Shown: positions 36,823 through 47,576, counted from the first letter of the stretch. The stretch is 64,000 nt of DNA from Candidatus Doudnabacteria bacterium (GCA_019659055.1 JAIFWV010000003.1:14706-78705); one strand, 5' to 3'. Notes: generated from the letters alone by a model not told the origin. Numbers and translations: made by a program.

Positions 36823-37119
36823 ATGGAATACGAAACAATTTTACCCGGCGTGCCGGAACTAAACGAAGAGACAGACCCTGTGATCCAGCATCTTATAGAT
36901 ATACGATCCCGGGCTCTGGTTGATGGCGACATCGAGGCGATTGTCGAGGAACTCAAATGGTACCAAGGATTGCGCGATGCGGCGGAATCTATCTCCGATG
37001 AGGACCGGATCACCTGGAAGGAACTGCACCATAGATATCAGGATCTCAGCGACGACCAGATTACGGAACTCATCCATAAACTCGAGGAATCAGAAAACGG
37101 CGACTACATAAATCAATAG
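36823..37119 (+). CDS. Acidic hypothetical protein
   Basis: ORF with GGAGG upstream. Confidence 0.6.
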   Translation: MEYETILPGVPELNEETDPVIQHLIDIRSRALVDGDIEAIVEELKWYQGLRDAAESISDEDRITWKELHHRYQDLSDDQITELIHKLEESENGDYINQ

Positions 37120-37139
37120 ATCGGGTGTATAATGAGGGC

Positions 37140-37952
37140 ATGTATATTGTTTTTGATATTGGCGGGACCACGACGCGATTTGCATCCTCAATCGATGGAA
37201 GTGCCATATCTGACACCAAAACCGAACCTACACCACAAAATCTAGACGACGCCATAACTTTGTACAAAAAAATGGTGAACGATCTTGCCAATGGCCAGAA
37301 GATCGATGGCATCGCCGGCGGCATCGCCGGGCCGTTTAACGCAGAAAAAACTATGCTTGTGAATGCTCCGCATTTGCCGCAATGGGTAAACAAACCCCTA
37401 GATCAGAAGTTCCAAACAATCGCTGACTGCCCTATCTTTCTAGAAAACGACACGGCAGTGGCGGGCTTAGGTGAAGCCGCACGAGGCGCCGGCCATGGAT
37501 ACAAAATTGTGGCCTACCTGGCCGTGGGCACTGGGATTGGCGGCTCAAGGATCGTTGCAGGTAGAATCGATGCCAACAGCATCGGATTTGAGCCTGGCCA
37601 CATGGTCGTGGCCAAAGACCAAACCCTCGAGCAGGAAATTTCTGGGACCACGATCATGCAGATTTATCACAAGAAAGCCTCGGAGCTCGAGGACCCGGCC
37701 TACTGGCACGAATTCGAGCAAGAATTGGCCGTAGGACTCAACAATATCACTGTCATGTGGTCGCCAGACATTATAGTCTTGGGCGGGGGTGTGATTCTCC
37801 AGGCCCAAGTGAACATCGATCGGGTGAGCCTGTTGCTCTACAAAGTTTTGAAAATCTACCCCAAGCTTCCGCGCGTGGTGAAAGCCACTTTGGGCGACCA
37901 TTCCGGCATCGAAGGGTCACTGGTGTATCTGAAGCAGAAACTGGGAAGCTAG
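37140..37952 (+). CDS. ROK family sugar kinase
   Basis: FDIGGT, LENDT..AGLGE, VGTGIGG, EPGH, IVLGGGV. Confidence 0.92.
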   Translation: MYIVFDIGGTTTRFASSIDGSAISDTKTEPTPQNLDDAITLYKKMVNDLANGQKIDGIAGGIAGPFNAEKTMLVNAPHLPQWVNKPLDQKFQTIADCPIFLENDTAVAGLGEAARGAGHGYKIVAYLAVGTGIGGSRIVAGRIDANSIGFEPGHMVVAKDQTLEQEISGTTIMQIYHKKASELEDPAYWHEFEQELAVGLNNITVMWSPDIIVLGGGVILQAQVNIDRVSLLLYKVLKIYPKLPRVVKATLGDHSGIEGSLVYLKQKLGS

Positions 37953-37971
37953 GAAGCGGGAGTTAAGGTTT

Positions 37972-38034
37972 TCCATCTCGACCGCAGGGAGAGATCCCTC
38001 TTTAAAAGCGATTTCTCGCTCGACTCGAAATGGA
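37972..38034. repeat. Palindromic repeat family 2 (reverse orientation)
   Basis: CCATCTCGACC..GGGAGAGATC..GATTTCTCGCT..CTCGAAATGG. Confidence 0.8.
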
Positions 38035-38108
38035 CCAACGGATTACAAAAAGACCCTGGATATTCCAGGGTCTTTACTAGATTCCAAATTCTAGATTCTA
38101 GATTCTAT

Positions 38109-38750
38109 TTATCTGAAGAGGTGGATTACTTTGGCAATCAAATCCGTACCCATAGTTTTGAATTTGATCCATCCGGAATCCCCGACATTGATATCAGCAA
38201 GAGTTTTGGTCTCGCCATCAATCTTCACAGTCGTATCGGTATTAGTGGTGATCGTTTTGCTGGTGTTGGTGAGAGTGTTTGTAATAGTGATCGAATTACC
38301 GGTCTTGGCAGTCACCTTACCCATAACCATGCTTTTCTTGGCTTCTTCTTTCTTGTTCTCAGAAGAATTTACCAGTCTCACGTTGGATGCCAAAAGATCG
38401 GTACCGGAAACATTACCGAAGACCACAACGTTTTGTCCTACGGCAACCGGGGTTGAAATCTTGGTGTTGGCGTCAGTCTTTATAGTTACCAAACTGTTGG
38501 TAATGTTCGCAACGTGAGCCAATGCGGTGGCTTTGACTGTGAAGGTATTGGTACCCACAGTAGTCACCGAACCCACAACCACAAACTGCGTATCAAGAAT
38601 ATTGTCTCCCAGATTCTTGAAGATTCCAAGCTTGCGGCCTTTTTCCATGTTGGCATGTTCGCTTGCTTTTTGTTTTTCATTCCCATGTGCAAAAACGGGA
38701 AGTGCAACCATGCTCAGGCCCAATGCAACTGCGATTATCTGCTTTTTCAT
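38109..38750 (-). CDS. Secreted DUF5666-like repeat protein
   Basis: Signal peptide; two G-x-V-T..T..I..L.DI.VGD repeats. Confidence 0.7.
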   Translation of the reverse strand: MKKQIIAVALGLSMVALPVFAHGNEKQKASEHANMEKGRKLGIFKNLGDNILDTQFVVVGSVTTVGTNTFTVKATALAHVANITNSLVTIKTDANTKISTPVAVGQNVVVFGNVSGTDLLASNVRLVNSSENKKEEAKKSMVMGKVTAKTGNSITITNTLTNTSKTITTNTDTTVKIDGETKTLADINVGDSGWIKFKTMGTDLIAKVIHLFR

Positions 38751-38782
38751 AAATAAAGTACCTTTCTCTCCTATTGCAGTAT

Positions 38783-39178
38783 TTATCGAGATAAAAGGTA
38801 TTTTGTTACTTTCTCGTGTTTGCCTCGGGATTTGCCTTTGTTTTCCAATTTTTCAAGGTCTTTTTCGAGTTTCGGTGGAACCATAAATAAATCCTGAGGC
38901 TCGGGAGCCTGAGTATCCGCATCATCATCGGCTTGCTGCGGCGCTGGGGGTTCAGGTTTGGGCTGTTCAGTTTTTGGCACAACTGGAGCCGGGGTCGGAA
39001 CCTGAGATTTTTTGGGAACGATTTTTTTCTTAAAAATTTTTGCCGCAGACGCAGTCTTTACCACAGTTGCTTGCGTGTCCGGCTTTGGGACCTGGTCGGG
39101 TTTCCCACGCTCAGCAATTCCGATCGTGATCAGACCAAAGATGCCATATATAAGCAGATAAAATTTGAAGCCTTTCAT
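38783..39178 (-). CDS. Membrane-anchored Pro/Lys-rich protein
   Basis: N-terminal TM, low-complexity tail. Confidence 0.55.
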   Translation of the reverse strand: MKGFKFYLLIYGIFGLITIGIAERGKPDQVPKPDTQATVVKTASAAKIFKKKIVPKKSQVPTPAPVVPKTEQPKPEPPAPQQADDDADTQAPEPQDLFMVPPKLEKDLEKLENKGKSRGKHEKVTKYLLSR

Positions 39179-39201
39179 GCTTCAAATTTACCGCATGGGT
39201 T

Positions 39202-40476
39202 TTACTTAAGCCATTGTGAGCTCTGCCGAACCAATAGCGTTTTGGCTTTTTGGGGTTCAAGCATTATCTCTTTCACGATTTTTTCCATGCGGGCCGATTG
39301 CGAGCCTTTCACCAGTATAACATCGCCGCTCTGGAGCTCTTGGCTAATCTCTGGTGCCGCTACCATTGAATCCGCAAACCAAACGACCTTGCCTGTAAAT
39401 TTTCGCAGAAGTAATTCATCCTGAATAATCTTGGTTTTTTCTCCGACCAAGAACAAAATGTCTATCCCACTCTCAGCAATCTTTTGGGCGACCTGGCGAT
39501 GCCCAGCTTCGGTCTGGTTGCCGAGCTCAGCCATGTGGCCCAAGGCGGCCAGTTTTCGAGTCACACCAAGAGTTTCCAGGACCTCGAGGGCGGCAATCAT
39601 GGAACTTGGCGCGGCGTTGTAGGTATCGTCTATGATCGTGGTCTGGTGTTTGCCTTGAATCAGTTTCAATCGGCCGGCCGGCCCCACAAATTTTTCTAAG
39701 ACCTGAGCAATCTCTACCAAATGCAATCCCATGGATAATCCCACTGCGGCGGCGGCGAGGCTCGCATACGCGGCTGGCCGGCCTACGGCGTTGGGCAAAA
39801 AGAAAGGCAGGCGCGTCCCCTTGTAGCTGACCTTAAAACTTATTCCGAATACCCCATTCTTGTTTGTAATCTGAAAATCTTTGGCCGAGACATCGGCGCT
39901 TTCGCTGAACCCATAACTTATGCTTTGAGATTTGGCTTTACCTTCCATAACTTTTTCGTTGTCGGCATTGAGCACGGCCGTGCCAGAATTTTTGAGCCCC
40001 GAAAGTATGGACAATTTCTCCCGCTTGAGGGCTTCTGGCGAACGAAAAAATTCCAAGTGGCTAATCCCAATGTCGGTGATCAACGCAACATCCAAGTTCC
40101 CGACAATGCTCAAAAGCTCAGAAATATCTCCGGGTCGGTCGGTCCCCATCTCGAGCACCAGCACTTGAGGAAAATTGGTCTGAAAAATCCGGAAAAACCC
40201 TGTGATCAAAATCCCTACCCATTCGAAAGCTGTAGCCAGATTGCGTTCATAGTTACCCGATTTTTCAAATCCAAGCACAGCCAAAGGCAGACCGAGCTGG
40301 CTATTGAGGTTACCAGGGCTTGATCGGACTTTGTATTTGGTCCGCAGGACGTGGGCTATGGCTTCTTTGGTCGAAGATTTGCCGACCGAGCCCGTAATAC
40401 CGATGATCAGGGGTTTATGAAAGACCAGGCAGAGCCTGGCAAATGCTGCCAAAATTTCTTCAAGGATTTTCCGCAT
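39202..40476 (-). CDS. murF: UDP-MurNAc-tripeptide:D-Ala-D-Ala ligase
   Basis: GITGSVGKSSTKE, DDTYNAAP, GHMAELG, LVKGS. Confidence 0.93.
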   Translation of the reverse strand: MRKILEEILAAFARLCLVFHKPLIIGITGSVGKSSTKEAIAHVLRTKYKVRSSPGNLNSQLGLPLAVLGFEKSGNYERNLATAFEWVGILITGFFRIFQTNFPQVLVLEMGTDRPGDISELLSIVGNLDVALITDIGISHLEFFRSPEALKREKLSILSGLKNSGTAVLNADNEKVMEGKAKSQSISYGFSESADVSAKDFQITNKNGVFGISFKVSYKGTRLPFFLPNAVGRPAAYASLAAAAVGLSMGLHLVEIAQVLEKFVGPAGRLKLIQGKHQTTIIDDTYNAAPSSMIAALEVLETLGVTRKLAALGHMAELGNQTEAGHRQVAQKIAESGIDILFLVGEKTKIIQDELLLRKFTGKVVWFADSMVAAPEISQELQSGDVILVKGSQSARMEKIVKEIMLEPQKAKTLLVRQSSQWLK

Positions 40477-40479
40477 AAT

Positions 40480-42201
40480 TTATCTAGTAGGAGGTATTTG
40501 CAGGTAGTTTAGTATAAAGCTTGCGATTTCGCCAAAGGCGGGTGCCGCCGAGCTTTCGGCAAAGGCCACGTCTTTGGGTTCATTGATACGGACAAGCATG
40601 AGAAATGATGGATCATCCATAGGCCCAAAGCCGATAAAAGTCCCGATGTTTTTGTTGGGATCATAGCCTGATCTGTCTTTGTAGGCCACTTGCGCGGTAC
40701 CGGTCTTGCCCCCGATAAAATATCCCGGGACCGCGGCTTTTTTACCGTGGCCGTTTTCCACCACATCCACAAGCATAGCAGAAAGCGTACTGGCCGCCTT
40801 CACGTCCAAGATGTGTCCGAGCTCCGCTTTGGACTTCTGTTCAGTACTGCCGTCGGGGTGGACAATTTTGTCCACGACGTATGGCCGGACCATCACGCCG
40901 CCATTGGCAATTGCGGTGTAGGCCTGAATCATCTGGATTGGGGTGACGGTCATACCTTGGCCAAACGACATGTTGGCCAGGAAAATATCGCCTTTTTTAT
41001 CCAGCTGGCCAAGATCACCATTGCCTTCGCCCGGAAGTTCCACGCCGGTGGGTTTGCCAAAGCCAAACTTGTGCACATACTGGCGGAATTTATCGCGGCC
41101 GATAAGCTGTTGGACATACACCGCTCCGGTATTAAGCGATTCATCCAAGACCTGAGTCATGGTCTGCACGCCGCGCGGAGTTGGGTCCGAGTTTTTAATC
41201 ACGCGGTCATCTACTTGGATTGATCCGGTATCAACATAAGTTGATTGCGGCCCGACCGCGTTCTCATTTAGCCCCGCGGCCATGGTGATAGCTTTAAATA
41301 TCGAACCGGGCTCGTAGTCGGAATAAATGGCGTTGTTGTTATAATAAGCCACATTTGCGGCTTTGCCGTAATTGTTCGGATCAAAGTCCGGGTAATTGGC
41401 CATAGCCAGGATCGCGCCTGTGTTGGGATCCACGACTATGACACTGCCCGAATCGGCGCCGTGTTTTTTGACTGTTGCTTCCAAAACTTGCTGGGATTTA
41501 AACTGGATCGCCGGATCCAAGGTTAGATAAACATCACTACCATCCAATGGGCCTTGGGCAGTCCCAGTCTCGCTTGCGATTCCGGCCCGGCCGGCCAATT
41601 GCTTTTCAAACTCACGCTCGATTCCATAACGGCCTTCTTTGGTATCATTTTTGTCGGTGAACCCCACAAATCCCAAAACTTGGCTGGCGAGATTATTCTG
41701 CGGATAAAATCTCACGTCTTCTGAATCAAAGTGGATACCTGTGAGGCCAAGGTCTTTGATTTTTTGCTCATCCTCATCTGAAAGCTGGCGCTTGAGCGGC
41801 ACATAATTCTGACTGCCGCCCGTAATCTTATCCAGAATTTCACTTTTGGTCATTCCTAAAATTGGAGCGAGCTTGCCGGCCGCAAAAGCTTTGTCCGACT
41901 CACTCATTTGCTTGCCCGAAGCATAGACTAGAGGTTTGGCAACATTGGTCGCGACCAAAACTTTTTGGGATTTTTTTTCGTTGGTCAGATAAATTTCACC
42001 GCGCTTGGCAGGTATAAGGGTAAATTCACCATGCTGGCTGGCCGCAAGGGCTAGATATGTCTCGTGGTCAACGATTTGGAGATTATAGAGCTTTGCCGCG
42101 ACTGCTGCGATAAATAACGTAATCAATCCCAATACAAAAAAAATTCTTATGCTATAAGAATAAGTCGAAACAATAGAATTGGTCTTCTGGTTTGGCCTCA
42201 T
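40480..42201 (-). CDS. ftsI: Class B penicillin-binding protein (FtsI-like)
   Basis: EPGSIFK, SLN, KTGTAQ; dcw cluster position. Confidence 0.88.
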   Translation of the reverse strand: MRPNQKTNSIVSTYSYSIRIFFVLGLITLFIAAVAAKLYNLQIVDHETYLALAASQHGEFTLIPAKRGEIYLTNEKKSQKVLVATNVAKPLVYASGKQMSESDKAFAAGKLAPILGMTKSEILDKITGGSQNYVPLKRQLSDEDEQKIKDLGLTGIHFDSEDVRFYPQNNLASQVLGFVGFTDKNDTKEGRYGIEREFEKQLAGRAGIASETGTAQGPLDGSDVYLTLDPAIQFKSQQVLEATVKKHGADSGSVIVVDPNTGAILAMANYPDFDPNNYGKAANVAYYNNNAIYSDYEPGSIFKAITMAAGLNENAVGPQSTYVDTGSIQVDDRVIKNSDPTPRGVQTMTQVLDESLNTGAVYVQQLIGRDKFRQYVHKFGFGKPTGVELPGEGNGDLGQLDKKGDIFLANMSFGQGMTVTPIQMIQAYTAIANGGVMVRPYVVDKIVHPDGSTEQKSKAELGHILDVKAASTLSAMLVDVVENGHGKKAAVPGYFIGGKTGTAQVAYKDRSGYDPNKNIGTFIGFGPMDDPSFLMLVRINEPKDVAFAESSAAPAFGEIASFILNYLQIPPTR

Positions 42202-42216
42202 TGCGGAATCCCCATG

Positions 42217-42540
42217 CTATTTTAGGGCAAAATTATCATCTTTGATATAGCTAACACTGGTCGATGGGACAAAGTTGAGCTGGGCGGTTTTTTGCTGGAT
42301 AGTCGAGACTGCTTGTAGAGTCGAATTCTCAAGTTCCAATTTCTTGTGTTGAGCCTCGAGATCGGAAAGCTCCACTGAAAGTTTCTTGATTTGAAATCCG
42401 GTGGTCGCCATGGCGTTTGCGGAAAAAATATAAACTAAGGCCAACATCAGAGTCAGACTCAGCAATCCGAGATTGACCTGCAAGTTGGTGGAATTATGAT
42501 GAGTTTTTGGTTGGGTGTTTTGGTGCGATAAATCTCGCAT
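42217..42540 (-). CDS. FtsL-like cell division protein
   Basis: TM + coiled coil between rsmH and the PBP gene. Confidence 0.7.
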   Translation of the reverse strand: MRDLSHQNTQPKTHHNSTNLQVNLGLLSLTLMLALVYIFSANAMATTGFQIKKLSVELSDLEAQHKKLELENSTLQAVSTIQQKTAQLNFVPSTSVSYIKDDNFALK

Positions 42541-42635
42541 TTGCCGCCTACTATCGTGAATCGCGAAGCTTGGAACGTGAATCGCGAGTCGAATTTAATT
42601 TTGGCTATTTTGCTTCAGGCTTCACGCTACACGTT

Positions 42636-43568
42636 TCACGCCTTTTTTAATGCCCTTAGTTTTGCTGGTTTACTGCGGGGGTTGTTCTCGATCTCACCAA
42701 CAGTTGCCGTGACAGGTTTCCTGGTCAGGATTTTGGCCTGGGGGTTTTTGCCGCAGACGCATTGCGGGAAATCTGGCGGGCATATACATCCGCGCGCCAT
42801 GTTTACGAAAAATTCTTTAACGATGCGATCCTCTAGAGAATGAAAAGAAATAATTACCATGCGTCCGCCCGGTTCCAAAATTTCAAAAATATTAGGAAGC
42901 GCGATTTTCAAACTATTGAGCTCGTCGTTGACTTCAATCCTTATAGCCTGGAAGATCCTTCTGGCGTAGTCGGCAACTTTGTATTTCACAGGCTTCGGAA
43001 GTGCCAATTCAATCACAGCCAGTAATTCTCTCGTGTCCGTAATTTCCTGCTTCTTCCGGCAGATTATAATTTCTTCCGCAATTTTTGCCGCTAAGCGCTC
43101 TTCCCCATAATCTTTAAATATCCGTACTAGATCCGGCTTGTGGTAGGTGTTAACCACGACCCTGGCAGTCAATTTCTGATGCGGGTCAAAACGCATATCC
43201 AACGGGCCATTGGTCTGAAACGACAAGCCGCGCCCGGGATCGTCGAGCTGGGATGAGGAAAATCCGAGATCGAGCAAGACGCCTGCGGCTGGGACAAAAC
43301 TTTTTTCTTGGGCTATCCGCTTGATATCACGAAAATTTGCTTGAACCAATTCTGATCGTTGGCTCAAATTTCCTTGGGCAAGCTGCATAGAAAGCTTGTC
43401 CAGAGAAACTTGGTCCAAATCGATACCCAAAATTTTGGCACTTGGGTTTATCCTCAATATTTCTTTAATGTATCCGCCATCACCGGCCGTGCCGTCGATA
43501 AAACGGTCACCGGTTTCAGGCTTGAGATACTTTACGACCTCATCTAGAAGTACAGGGACATGATGCAT
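42636..43568 (-). CDS. rsmH: 16S rRNA m4C1402 methyltransferase
   Basis: HVPVLL, DLGFSSSQLD, PLDMR, FQAIRIEVNDEL, SFHSLEDRIVK. Confidence 0.97.
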   Translation of the reverse strand: MHHVPVLLDEVVKYLKPETGDRFIDGTAGDGGYIKEILRINPSAKILGIDLDQVSLDKLSMQLAQGNLSQRSELVQANFRDIKRIAQEKSFVPAAGVLLDLGFSSSQLDDPGRGLSFQTNGPLDMRFDPHQKLTARVVVNTYHKPDLVRIFKDYGEERLAAKIAEEIIICRKKQEITDTRELLAVIELALPKPVKYKVADYARRIFQAIRIEVNDELNSLKIALPNIFEILEPGGRMVIISFHSLEDRIVKEFFVNMARGCICPPDFPQCVCGKNPQAKILTRKPVTATVGEIENNPRSKPAKLRALKKA

Positions 43569-43639
43569 AAATTACTAATTACTAATTTCTAATTGATCTA
43601 AAGCATTAGAAATTAGATCAATTAGGTTAATTAGAAATT

Positions 43640-44071
43640 TCAAACTCCTAGTTCTCCTAAGGCTTCGGCAATACTCGAACTCTCCTGCTCGGTGTTGGCT
43701 TTGTATTCGTTCCAGGCTTCCTCGTTCCAAATCTCAAGACGGTCATAAAGCCCGGCGACCACGACTTTCTTGGTGATACCGGCAAATTTCCGCAAATACT
43801 CAGGGACCATCATCCGGCCTTGCTTGTCGATTTCGATATCCCAGGCTCCGGCCAGCATCAATCGGGCAAAGGCACGAGAATTGGCTTGTGAGATGGGCAG
43901 ACGGGAAAGCTTACCGGCGATCTCATCCCATTGCTTCTTGGGATAGAGAAACAAACTGTTGTCCAAACCGCGCGTCAGCACAGCTCCCGAGCCCAAAGAT
44001 GCTCGAAATTTTGCCGGGACGGCCATTCGGCCCTTATTATCCATGCTGAGGCTGTATTCACCTATAAACAT
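43640..44071 (-). CDS. mraZ: Division/cell wall cluster repressor MraZ
   Basis: MFIGEY..DNKGR..DKQGR..RLEIW. Confidence 0.97.
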   Translation of the reverse strand: MFIGEYSLSMDNKGRMAVPAKFRASLGSGAVLTRGLDNSLFLYPKKQWDEIAGKLSRLPISQANSRAFARLMLAGAWDIEIDKQGRMMVPEYLRKFAGITKKVVVAGLYDRLEIWNEEAWNEYKANTEQESSSIAEALGELGV

Positions 44072-44130
44072 TTACTTTTTTTCTTTATATCCTTGCCAAT
44101 TCCTAGCAATTATCTTGTAATGCGATAATT

Positions 44131-44166
44131 CTCCACTTCTCCCCACTCTTATCCACATCACTCCAT
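44131..44166 (-). promoter_or_regulatory. MraZ-type direct repeats
   Basis: ATGGAG, GTGGAT, GTGGGG, GTGGAG at 10-bp spacing upstream of mraZ. Confidence 0.75.
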
Positions 44167-44354
44167 TTACACTTAATAGTAACCCACTATTAACCATCAG
44201 TCAAAGGGGTAAGAATCTAGCATTTCCAAACAAAAAAAGGGCTTAGTTAAGCCCTTATTAGAACAAATTGCACAATATTTATCAACCTGGGTGAAACATT
44301 CCCCACACTGAGGTTGTCCACTAAAAAACTGCCCCAAATCGAGGCAGTCTCTTA

Positions 44355-44480
44355 TTACATTCCAGTGTCTTCGGTGGCGGCAGTCTCTTCTTCCGGCTTT
44401 TCGGTTTCTTCACCGGCAGCAGGAACAGTGGCATCACCAGTTGTATCATCGTCAACCTGGTTTAGAATTTCGTCTGACAT
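44355..44480 (-). CDS. 41-aa highly acidic peptide
   Basis: MSDEILNQVDDDTTGDATVPAAGEETEKPEEETAATEDTGM; AAGGA SD; double stop then a terminator-like hairpin. Confidence 0.55.
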   Translation of the reverse strand: MSDEILNQVDDDTTGDATVPAAGEETEKPEEETAATEDTGM

Positions 44481-44555
44481 TGTATAATTCCTTCGATCAA
44501 ACTTGTGGCCTGATCATTAATTGTAAAGTAATTTTATACGATTGAACCCGCTTCG

Positions 44556-44792
44556 TCAACCCCTGGTCAAGAGAAATTTAACCAAATTTACCGCCGAGTC
44601 CCAGATGTTTTTTAGTATAGGTTGTGAAGCAGGGAGTAAGATGATCAAAAGTATGAGCCAAATGAAATTATGCTTGAGGACTTTGTATATAGAATAGACA
44701 ATCAACACCGCCAGCACCAAAGACACGATACCATGGATGCTTCCCGGAAAAAAACTTAGGAATTGCTTATAAATAGAGATAATCTGGTCCAT
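44556..44792 (-). CDS. Small membrane protein
   Basis: Two hydrophobic segments. Confidence 0.65.
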   Translation of the reverse strand: MDQIISIYKQFLSFFPGSIHGIVSLVLAVLIVYSIYKVLKHNFIWLILLIILLPASQPILKNIWDSAVNLVKFLLTRG

Positions 44793-44801
44793 ATGTTGGA
44801 A

Positions 44802-45383
44802 TTATCGCAGGCGCAATGGAGTCCGGGTTTTAGTTTTATCCAAGATCACGGCCGGGTTGTTTTCGAGGATGTTTTTGATAAACCGGTCGTTCATACTCAG
44901 CCGGTACTCATACTCGGGGCCGGTAAAAACTGAGTAGCTGATCTCCTGCTCGGCAAATTTCTCGGCCAGCTGTAAAAATTGCTCCAGTTTACGGGCAGAG
45001 ATTCGGCCGACAAACAAAATATCGGTCTCGATCCGCGGCCGGCCGGCAAAAATACCGGTAAAGACAATCAGCCGGCATTCCCCGACTTTGAGCGCGGCGC
45101 GCGCCAGCTGATCCTGAGGAATGCTTCTGTTTTTGCGAAGCATGTTCAATAATTCAGGGTAAAGTGAGAAGTGTTTGTTGACCTGGAAGTAGCGGTGCTT
45201 CTTTTTTTCTATGGAGGTTATGAATTCCATCCGAAACAGCTCTTTGAGGGTTTTTTTCAAAAACGGCGCCGAAATTCCAGTGGAGACTCTGAGTTCAGTC
45301 GGCGAAAAACTCCGCTCCGGGTGGGCCAAGAGCAGATTTATGAGTTTACTTTTGGGTTTGGATGCAAGAAGCTGGGCCAGCAT
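44802..45383 (-). CDS. Winged-HTH protein with a degenerate nucleotidyltransferase-like domain
   Basis: N-terminal wHTH; TGIF..TDILFVG; ISYSVFT..EY. Confidence 0.7.
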   Translation of the reverse strand: MLAQLLASKPKSKLINLLLAHPERSFSPTELRVSTGISAPFLKKTLKELFRMEFITSIEKKKHRYFQVNKHFSLYPELLNMLRKNRSIPQDQLARAALKVGECRLIVFTGIFAGRPRIETDILFVGRISARKLEQFLQLAEKFAEQEISYSVFTGPEYEYRLSMNDRFIKNILENNPAVILDKTKTRTPLRLR

Positions 45384-45495
45384 TAGTGGAGTTTAATTTA
45401 AAATTGAGGGTCGTGGGACTATTATATCACAAGACAGGGTCAGGATCCGAAAAGTCGTAAAAACTTGCGATTTATGCTATAATAAAAGCCACGTT

Positions 45496-47532
45496 ATGGC
45501 GCGGCTAGACACACAAATCAATCAAATTTACTACTTGCCTGCGGACACAAGCCAGGTCTCGCTTATTCTCATCGACGAGGTTTTAAATAACAACTCGCAC
45601 CTTTTTGTGATAGCCGATTTGGTCAAAATCCAAAAAAGGACCGAAAGTACCGACCTCAAGAGAATCTCCGAGATAATCCTGACCACTTTCCAGGAAAACA
45701 AAAAACTCACGGGCGAATCCCTGTTTGAGACGTCACTTGCGGCTATCAATCAGGAATTAGCCGACCTTGCCCACTCGGGTAAAAAATCCTGGCTCGGCAA
45801 ATTCTCAGCCTTGGTCGTACTCAAAACCTCGGACAATATTTTTCTGGCCAACACCGGGCAGATGACCGCCATGCTGTATCGCTCCGGCGAGTTTTTGGAA
45901 ATCCTCAACCCGGAAAAGCGCGGCTTGCACCCGCTTAAGACTTTTTCGAATTTCACCTCAGGCAAACTCAAAGGCGCAGACATCCTTCTGCTCACCAGTT
46001 CCAATCTTTTTAATTACGTCGCCCTGCAAAACCTCAATCGCATGATGGCGGAGTCATCGGATGCCGCCCAAGTTTCGGAAAGAGTATCCAAAATCCTCAA
46101 AGACACGGCCGGTGACCAAGAAGGCTTCGCAAGCTTCTTCGTAACCCTGTCCAAAGCTACGGCGGCCGCCACAATCCCCGCTGAAACCACAAGTCAACCT
46201 TTAACCGCACCCGAACAACCCGCGCCCGAACCCGAGCCTGTGCCTGAGGTTATGGCAAGCAAGCCCAAACCTACTCCGGAACCAATCAGAACACCGGCGT
46301 CAGAGTCTGCAGTGGAATCTATGATCTATGCCCCGGCCCCGGCCAAAGTTCCCCTAGGCGCCAAACTCAAAGCCGCACCTTCGCAAATTTTTGGCAAAAT
46401 TCCGAAATTTTCTTTGCCGAAATTCAATTTCCATATCCCGAAACTCGGGTTCTGGCAGCAGCTCTCGGCCTGGGCCAAATTTTTCCTGGTGAGCTTCCTT
46501 ATCTTCTTGATCTTGTTTGCCTCAAACATCGTCGTCTATGCTGTGCGCAAACACCGCAAGCAGACCGTAAGCCAATCCCAGCAAGTCATCAATCAGCTCG
46601 ACAAAAATTTACAGGATGCGGAATCCGCACTTATCTATCGTAACCAAGACCAAGCCCTCAAGCTTCTCACAAGCATTCAGTCGGAACTTGCAAGCCTCAA
46701 GGACGCAAGCCCCGCGGCCTACACAGAATACCAGCCCAAGGTTTCGGATCTGGCCAATCGCATCAACCACATCACTGTCGTCAACAATCCCACGACCCTG
46801 CTCACTCTCAAACATCCGGCTACGGAACTTGCCCGCGCCGGCAAAGGGTTTGTGATTGCCGATCAATCCACGGGTAACGTGACCACTTATAATACGTCAG
46901 CAAGTGATGCCTCGGGCAAGGATTTGTTCCTGCTCAATAAGATCGGAGAAATCCGCGGCCTTGTGAATGTGCCTAATACTGGCAACGTTGTTATCACCAG
47001 CTCCGAAATGTATCTCATCGATACGGCGCAGAGCCAATTCAGCCTCTTGCATGTTTACCCCAAAACCGATCTCTCCCGCCTCCGGTTCCTTTCGCCGGAT
47101 AGGCTTTATACGATTGATCGCACCGCAAACCAAATTTATCGGATTATTTTTTCTAAGCAAACTCAAAACGCGCCCGTGCCCCTGCTCAAGGCTTCCGTGG
47201 ACACAAGCAAGGTTGTGGATCTGGGAGTTGATACCGATGTCTACCTCCTCTCCGCCACGAGCCTCAAAAAATACACGACTGGCAATTTGACTTCGTTTAG
47301 CATCACTCAGCCGACTGACGAACTCACCTCTGCCAATCGCCTGTTTGTTGCCAACAATCTCTACATTCTGGAAGCGGCAAAAAAGCGCCTGCTCATATAC
47401 AACAAGCAAGGCGCCCTGGTGACGCAAATCTTTTTCCCCAACGCCACCGACATGAAAGACTTCTACGTCGATGAGCAGAGCCGCAATATCTATATCCTCG
47501 ACTCGAATAAACTATTATCAATAACTTTCTAA
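45496..47532 (+). CDS. Membrane protein: PP2C-like N-domain, Pro linker, TM, beta-propeller
   Basis: IFLANTG, GKLKGADILLLTS; repeated LYxLD blades. Confidence 0.65.
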   Translation: MARLDTQINQIYYLPADTSQVSLILIDEVLNNNSHLFVIADLVKIQKRTESTDLKRISEIILTTFQENKKLTGESLFETSLAAINQELADLAHSGKKSWLGKFSALVVLKTSDNIFLANTGQMTAMLYRSGEFLEILNPEKRGLHPLKTFSNFTSGKLKGADILLLTSSNLFNYVALQNLNRMMAESSDAAQVSERVSKILKDTAGDQEGFASFFVTLSKATAAATIPAETTSQPLTAPEQPAPEPEPVPEVMASKPKPTPEPIRTPASESAVESMIYAPAPAKVPLGAKLKAAPSQIFGKIPKFSLPKFNFHIPKLGFWQQLSAWAKFFLVSFLIFLILFASNIVVYAVRKHRKQTVSQSQQVINQLDKNLQDAESALIYRNQDQALKLLTSIQSELASLKDASPAAYTEYQPKVSDLANRINHITVVNNPTTLLTLKHPATELARAGKGFVIADQSTGNVTTYNTSASDASGKDLFLLNKIGEIRGLVNVPNTGNVVITSSEMYLIDTAQSQFSLLHVYPKTDLSRLRFLSPDRLYTIDRTANQIYRIIFSKQTQNAPVPLLKASVDTSKVVDLGVDTDVYLLSATSLKKYTTGNLTSFSITQPTDELTSANRLFVANNLYILEAAKKRLLIYNKQGALVTQIFFPNATDMKDFYVDEQSRNIYILDSNKLLSITF

Positions 47533-47576
47533 AATAAAAAAATAGAGCTGCTGCAAAGTGCAACAGCTCTTTTTTG

